In this document: positions 60,294 to 64,000 of the stretch, piece by piece
Layout of the letters: the number at the start of each line of letters is the position of its first letter
How positions within the stretch are numbered: position 1 is the stretch's first letter
IMG/VR virus record: IMGVR_UViG_3300026302_000005
Location: 128,001-192,000 of that record
DNA: 64,000 bases
Source: a virus
Taxonomy: Duplodnaviria > Heunggongvirae > Uroviricota > Caudoviricetes
Reading direction: 5' to 3' (one strand)
Translations under genes and position numbers: made by a program
The notes under the pieces: generated by a model
The model's database searches: none
Seen by the model: the letters and a program-made list of their open reading frames with translations, nothing else
Told to the model about the DNA's origin: nothing

Positions 60294-61928
60294 ATGGCAC
60301 AAGCATACGCACAAATGGCAGGCAAGGTTCGGGCTTCCAAGTCCACCGCATTGACCTCCCAATCCGCGCCCATTCCGGGCCGCGAAGTCGAGCAAGTCGT
60401 GAACGCCGCTGGAGGCTACAGCTTCAAGGCGGATAACTGGGCTCGCCTGGACCGGTTCCTGATTCTCGGTGTCACCGGCAACTCGATCTATGAAAAGCAG
60501 GCCGACATGGTGAAGTCCAACGCGGGCCTCATCGACGTTCTGCTCAAGGAAGATGGTGTTCGTGTGGTCAACCAGATCGCCGATGTCTTGACGAACTCTC
60601 GTTCGCTCAAGGTGGATGCTCCGCTGTTCGCTCTGGCGATGGCTGCTGCATCGGCTGACGAAGCAACCCGGGCTCGTGCCATGGCAGTTCTGTTCGAGGT
60701 TGTTCGCACCCCGACCCAACTGTTCACGTTCGTGAACTATGCCAACTCCATGCGTGGTTGGGGTCGTGCGCTTCGTCGAGGCGTTGCCCGCTACTACCTG
60801 GACACGGCAATGCCGAAGCTGGCCATGCATGCGTGGAAATACAAGTCCCGCGATGGCTGGTCGCACCGTGATGTTCTTCGTCTGGCTCACGCCAAGACGG
60901 ACGACGCTGCCCGTAACGCTGTGCTGGCCTACATGACCCATGGCAAAGTGCCGACCGCAACCGATGACCGGGCTCTGGCTCAGATCGCGGCTGCGGAAGA
61001 ACTTCTGCACACCAAGGACGTGAAGAAGGCCGTAAACCTGATTCGCGACCACCGCCTGACTCGTGAAGCCGTTCCGACGGAACTTCTGAACGATAAGGCG
61101 ATCTGGGAAGCTCTGCTGGAAGACATGCCGGTGAACGCCCTCGTGCGTAACCTCGGCAAGATGTCCAGCATCGGTATGGTCGGTCAGATGTCGGCAACCG
61201 AACGGAAGATCGTGGAGGTTCTGGGCAACCAGGATCAGATCACGCGATCCCACATCCACCCGATGGCGATTTACATCGCCCTCAAGACGTATGAGCAGGG
61301 CAAGGGCTTCAAAGGCTCGCTGACCTGGAATGTGAACCGTGCCGTGGCCGATGCGCTTGACAGTGCATTCTACCTGGCCTTTGGCAACGTCGAGAAGACC
61401 GGCAAGCGTATCCTGCTGGCCATCGACGACTCCGGTTCCATGCGTGGTGGTTGGGGTGGTGGTTCTCTGATGGATGGCCTGATGTCGCCGAACGAGGCTG
61501 CATCGGCAATGGCGTTGGTCACCTATATGGTGGAACCGTCGTCCATGCTGATCGGTTACTCTGACCGATACCGGGCAATCGATCTGAGCCGCAAGTCCAC
61601 GATCAAGCAGTTGATCGGCAAGATCGCCTCGGTCGGTGCTGGCACGGATACGTCCCTGCCGGTGAAGTTCGCGGCTGACCAGAAGATGGACTTCGATGCC
61701 ATCGTCTCGTTCACCGACAACAACACGTGGTCCGGTTACGGCCATGTGACGGAGCACCTGCGGAACTACCAGAACAAGATCGGTCACCCGGTTCGGTTCT
61801 TGAACGCCGCAATGGAAGCCAATGGCAGCACGGACGTCGATCCGACGAACCCGAACATGCTGGAGCTTTCTGGTATGAGTGCCAACACGCCGCAGATCAT
61901 CAGCGAGTTCATCGCTGGTCGTGTCTGA
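60294..61928 (+). CDS. Ro60/TROVE-domain RNA-binding protein with a vWA domain
   Basis: QVVNAAGGYSF, RLDRFLILG, RTPTQLF.F, GWGRALRRGV, KYKSRDGWSHRDVLRLAH, MP..ALVRNLGKM, IHP, vWA LAIDDSGSM, GTD, FTDN. Confidence 0.95.
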   Translation: MAQAYAQMAGKVRASKSTALTSQSAPIPGREVEQVVNAAGGYSFKADNWARLDRFLILGVTGNSIYEKQADMVKSNAGLIDVLLKEDGVRVVNQIADVLTNSRSLKVDAPLFALAMAAASADEATRARAMAVLFEVVRTPTQLFTFVNYANSMRGWGRALRRGVARYYLDTAMPKLAMHAWKYKSRDGWSHRDVLRLAHAKTDDAARNAVLAYMTHGKVPTATDDRALAQIAAAEELLHTKDVKKAVNLIRDHRLTREAVPTELLNDKAIWEALLEDMPVNALVRNLGKMSSIGMVGQMSATERKIVEVLGNQDQITRSHIHPMAIYIALKTYEQGKGFKGSLTWNVNRAVADALDSAFYLAFGNVEKTGKRILLAIDDSGSMRGGWGGGSLMDGLMSPNEAASAMALVTYMVEPSSMLIGYSDRYRAIDLSRKSTIKQLIGKIASVGAGTDTSLPVKFAADQKMDFDAIVSFTDNNTWSGYGHVTEHLRNYQNKIGHPVRFLNAAMEANGSTDVDPTNPNMLELSGMSANTPQIISEFIAGRV

Positions 61929-61953
61929 TCGATAATCGCACCTAGCGATCCTG

Positions 61954-61988
61954 AAAAGGCCGGAGCCCCCGTGGTTCCGGCCTTTTTG
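61954..61988 (+). terminator. Intrinsic terminator
   Basis: AAAAGGCCGGAGCC..GGTTCCGGCCTTTTT. Confidence 0.85.
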
Positions 61989-62153
61989 CTTTGCCAAGCA
62001 CGTGAAAATATGAGCATAGCCTCCAACCTATCCTCAAAATTTAGAAAATGAGAGAATTACCGCACATTCAAAGCTCCGATTGCTAAATACTCATGTGACA
62101 AAATGAGGCCGATGCCCAGGGCGTCACGAATCAGTTAGCAATGAGGAACGAAC

Positions 62154-62465
62154 ATGTTTGACGAAAAAGAACAGGCCACCGGACTTGGCGGCATCACCGT
62201 GCAAGACGCTTGGGTTGGTCTCCAGCTTTTGGACAAAGCCGCTGCCAGTGGCGTTATCCAACCGATTGAGTTCGAGGTCCTGTCGAAGTGGCGGGGCGCT
62301 CTGACCACTGCGATCCAGCGGGCCATCGGCAAGAACTTCGATGAAGAGGTCATGAAGCAGCGTCAGTTGCAGGCCGAAGCCGTTCGTCAGTCCCAGGAAG
62401 AAGCCCTGGCTGCACAGACTGCCGCCCGTGCCGCCGCCCAGACTGAGGCCGCACAAGCGGAGTAA
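62154..62465 (+). CDS. Hypothetical late protein
   Basis: TAAATA at about 62084 and GAGGA RBS. Confidence 0.75.
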   Translation: MFDEKEQATGLGGITVQDAWVGLQLLDKAAASGVIQPIEFEVLSKWRGALTTAIQRAIGKNFDEEVMKQRQLQAEAVRQSQEEALAAQTAARAAAQTEAAQAE

Positions 62466-62519
62466 TCCGTGTCCTGGTGCCCCACTGGGGCACCATTCAC
62501 CCTTTAGGAGGAATTTGCC

Positions 62520-63266
62520 ATGGACGGCAATCGTCACTTCGCCACAGTAGCTGGCAACAATGAAGAGGTAGTCATTCTTGGCTACCGTAGCAAAACCGGC
62601 GAAGTTCTGGTCTGCTATCTCTCGGCCCTTCCCCAGTCGGAAGCACAGAATCTGAAATCAGTCGTGTTGAGCCATGAAGCCCAGCGCAAGGACTTCCTGA
62701 TGGACGTCGTTAGCGGATCGGTTCTTGAAAAAGCACATCACCCGACTGCCGGTCGATCCTGGCAGGACCATCTGGTTCGTCTGCTCTCCAAGCGCAGTCA
62801 GATCGTCAGGACGCTTACCCTGAAAGACCTGAACTTCCACGATGCGAGCCAGAAGGCATATTTCAGCGGCTACGGCCCCAGCATCGAGCCCGAGATAGAT
62901 CGTGTCCGCAAGGCTCGGATCATCGCTCAGGATGCGCAGGTTTCCGGTCGTGGTATCCCTGAGCCGACACAGGATCAGATCGATGCCGCTCTGGCAACGC
63001 TTCCACCGGTTCACACCGAAGACCGCCCTGCACCAGCAGCAAAGACCGCACCGGCACCCGATCAGAGCGATGCCATCGTTGGTGCTCTTGCAATGCTGGC
63101 CCAATCGCAACAGGCCATGATGACCATGATGGCCCAGATGGCGAACTCTCTGGCCCCGGCTGCTCCGGCTGCTCCCGCACCAGTGGCAAAGGCTGCACCA
63201 GTAGCAAAGGCTGAGCCGAAGGTCAAGCGGCCCTACACGAGACGGGCTCCGGCCAAAACTGCCTGA
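62520..63266 (+). CDS. Hypothetical protein with an Ala/Pro-rich basic tail
   Basis: Strong AGGAGG RBS; 248 aa. Confidence 0.8.
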   Translation: MDGNRHFATVAGNNEEVVILGYRSKTGEVLVCYLSALPQSEAQNLKSVVLSHEAQRKDFLMDVVSGSVLEKAHHPTAGRSWQDHLVRLLSKRSQIVRTLTLKDLNFHDASQKAYFSGYGPSIEPEIDRVRKARIIAQDAQVSGRGIPEPTQDQIDAALATLPPVHTEDRPAPAAKTAPAPDQSDAIVGALAMLAQSQQAMMTMMAQMANSLAPAAPAAPAPVAKAAPVAKAEPKVKRPYTRRAPAKTA

Positions 63267-63359
63267 TCGATCAGATAGATCAACATTCGGAGGGGGCAAG
63301 TGTTGATCTTGTCCCCTTTGATCATTATATGGCACAGGTAACACGAAAGAGGAGCTTTC

Positions 63360-63731
63360 ATGCAGTCTTTAGATTTGAACCGATTCGTTGGACAGGTGCG
63401 GGTGTTCTCACTGGTCAACGGTCAAGAGGTTACCGCCAAGGTGACCTCGGTTGATGGAGAAACCATTCGGGTATCCAAACCCCGTTTGTTTTTGCCGTCA
63501 CCGAATCCCCGCAACCCGAACGAACTCTCGGTGGCATGTTTGTCCATGGGTTATCCCCTGAACGAAGCTGACGAAGACCTTCGTCTTGATGTGGCCCACA
63601 TCATCACCACCTATACGCCAAAGCCCGATCTGCTTGCCGCCTATACCCAGAAGACCTCTGGTATCGTATCGGCACCAGCCGGGGTGCTGGACCAACTCAA
63701 AGGTCTAGACTTCTCGAAGATCGGTCGATGA
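63360..63731 (+). CDS. Hypothetical protein, possible Sm/LSm-like fold
   Basis: V.VFSLVNGQEV.AKV..V.G.TI.VSKP pattern; AGGAG RBS. Confidence 0.6.
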   Translation: MQSLDLNRFVGQVRVFSLVNGQEVTAKVTSVDGETIRVSKPRLFLPSPNPRNPNELSVACLSMGYPLNEADEDLRLDVAHIITTYTPKPDLLAAYTQKTSGIVSAPAGVLDQLKGLDFSKIGR

Positions 63732-63907
63732 TCAGACTGATTCGAAAATGGCTAGGGCTACCATGCCACGTGGCGTATGAGCGTGTCCCTGATCATCTAC
63801 GTGACCAACTCACCCAGGGCTTCGCCATATGTTTGGAGTGCGGTAATATGCATCTGACGAAGCCCCGGATTTCCGATGGTGAACTCCGACGGATGTTCGG
63901 TAGTTGA
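63728..63907 (+). CDS. Small hypothetical protein (59 aa)
   Basis: Manual translation MIRLIRKWLGLPCH..CLECG.., with an ATGA overlap and a terminator after it. Confidence 0.5.
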   Translation: MIRLIRKWLGLPCHVAYERVPDHLRDQLTQGFAICLECGNMHLTKPRISDGELRRMFGS

Positions 63908-63947
63908 AAACGAAGAAGGCCCGGATCGATCCGGGCCTTCTTCGTTT
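63908..63947. terminator. Bidirectional terminator
   Basis: AACGAAGAAGGCCCGGAT/ATCCGGGCCTTCTTCGTT perfect inverted repeat. Confidence 0.8.
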
Positions 63948-64000
63948 CGTCTTATGGTGATCAGACCTTCGAACGACCAGTCCAGTCCTTGATGCTTTTC

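Noticed and set aside
60267-61997. 576-aa minus-strand ORF antisense to Ro60; similar long antisense ORFs at 5971-7203, 54040-55326, 21401-22354 and 9616-10509
   Set aside because: These are shadow frames of well-conserved sense genes caused by codon bias. They show no recognisable motifs or expression signals.
1-64000. Stop-codon reassignment, introns or inteins
   Set aside because: Conserved genes are intact in the standard code and TAA, TGA and TAG all serve as stops. TerL, helicase, RNR and topoisomerase show no splicing-element insertions.

Overview
A gene-dense 64-kb segment of a large T4-related (jumbo-type) myophage genome. The host is most likely an alphaproteobacterium, judged from a circularly permuted two-piece tmRNA with an ANDNF...AA tag and a DUF2093 gene. 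Core genes cover packaging (gp4-like nuclease, terminase subunits), replication and recombination (dUTPase, gp32, UvsX/UvsY/UvsW, a minimal DnaE-like core, primase, helicase, RNase H/FEN, PD-(D/E)xK exonuclease, two topoisomerase II subunits, class II RNR) and a minus-strand tail-fibre cluster. Many hypothetical virion genes follow TAAATA late-promoter motifs, and early genes follow sigma70-type promoters. The most notable observations are: (1) a Ro60/TROVE gene preceded by its own promoter and a compact Y RNA resembling animal Y RNAs, plus further hairpins; (2) a dispersed RNA-repair and ribosome-rescue set (two-piece tmRNA with a long structured spacer, kinase-phosphatase, 2H phosphoesterase, ClpS, DnaJ); (3) two paralogous tail-fibre genes that are each split by a +1 frameshift near the N-terminus and share near-identical DNA modules; (4) candidate tandem NrdR boxes at nrdJ and an A/C-rich gene-32 leader. 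All family assignments come from motif recognition by eye, not database searches.
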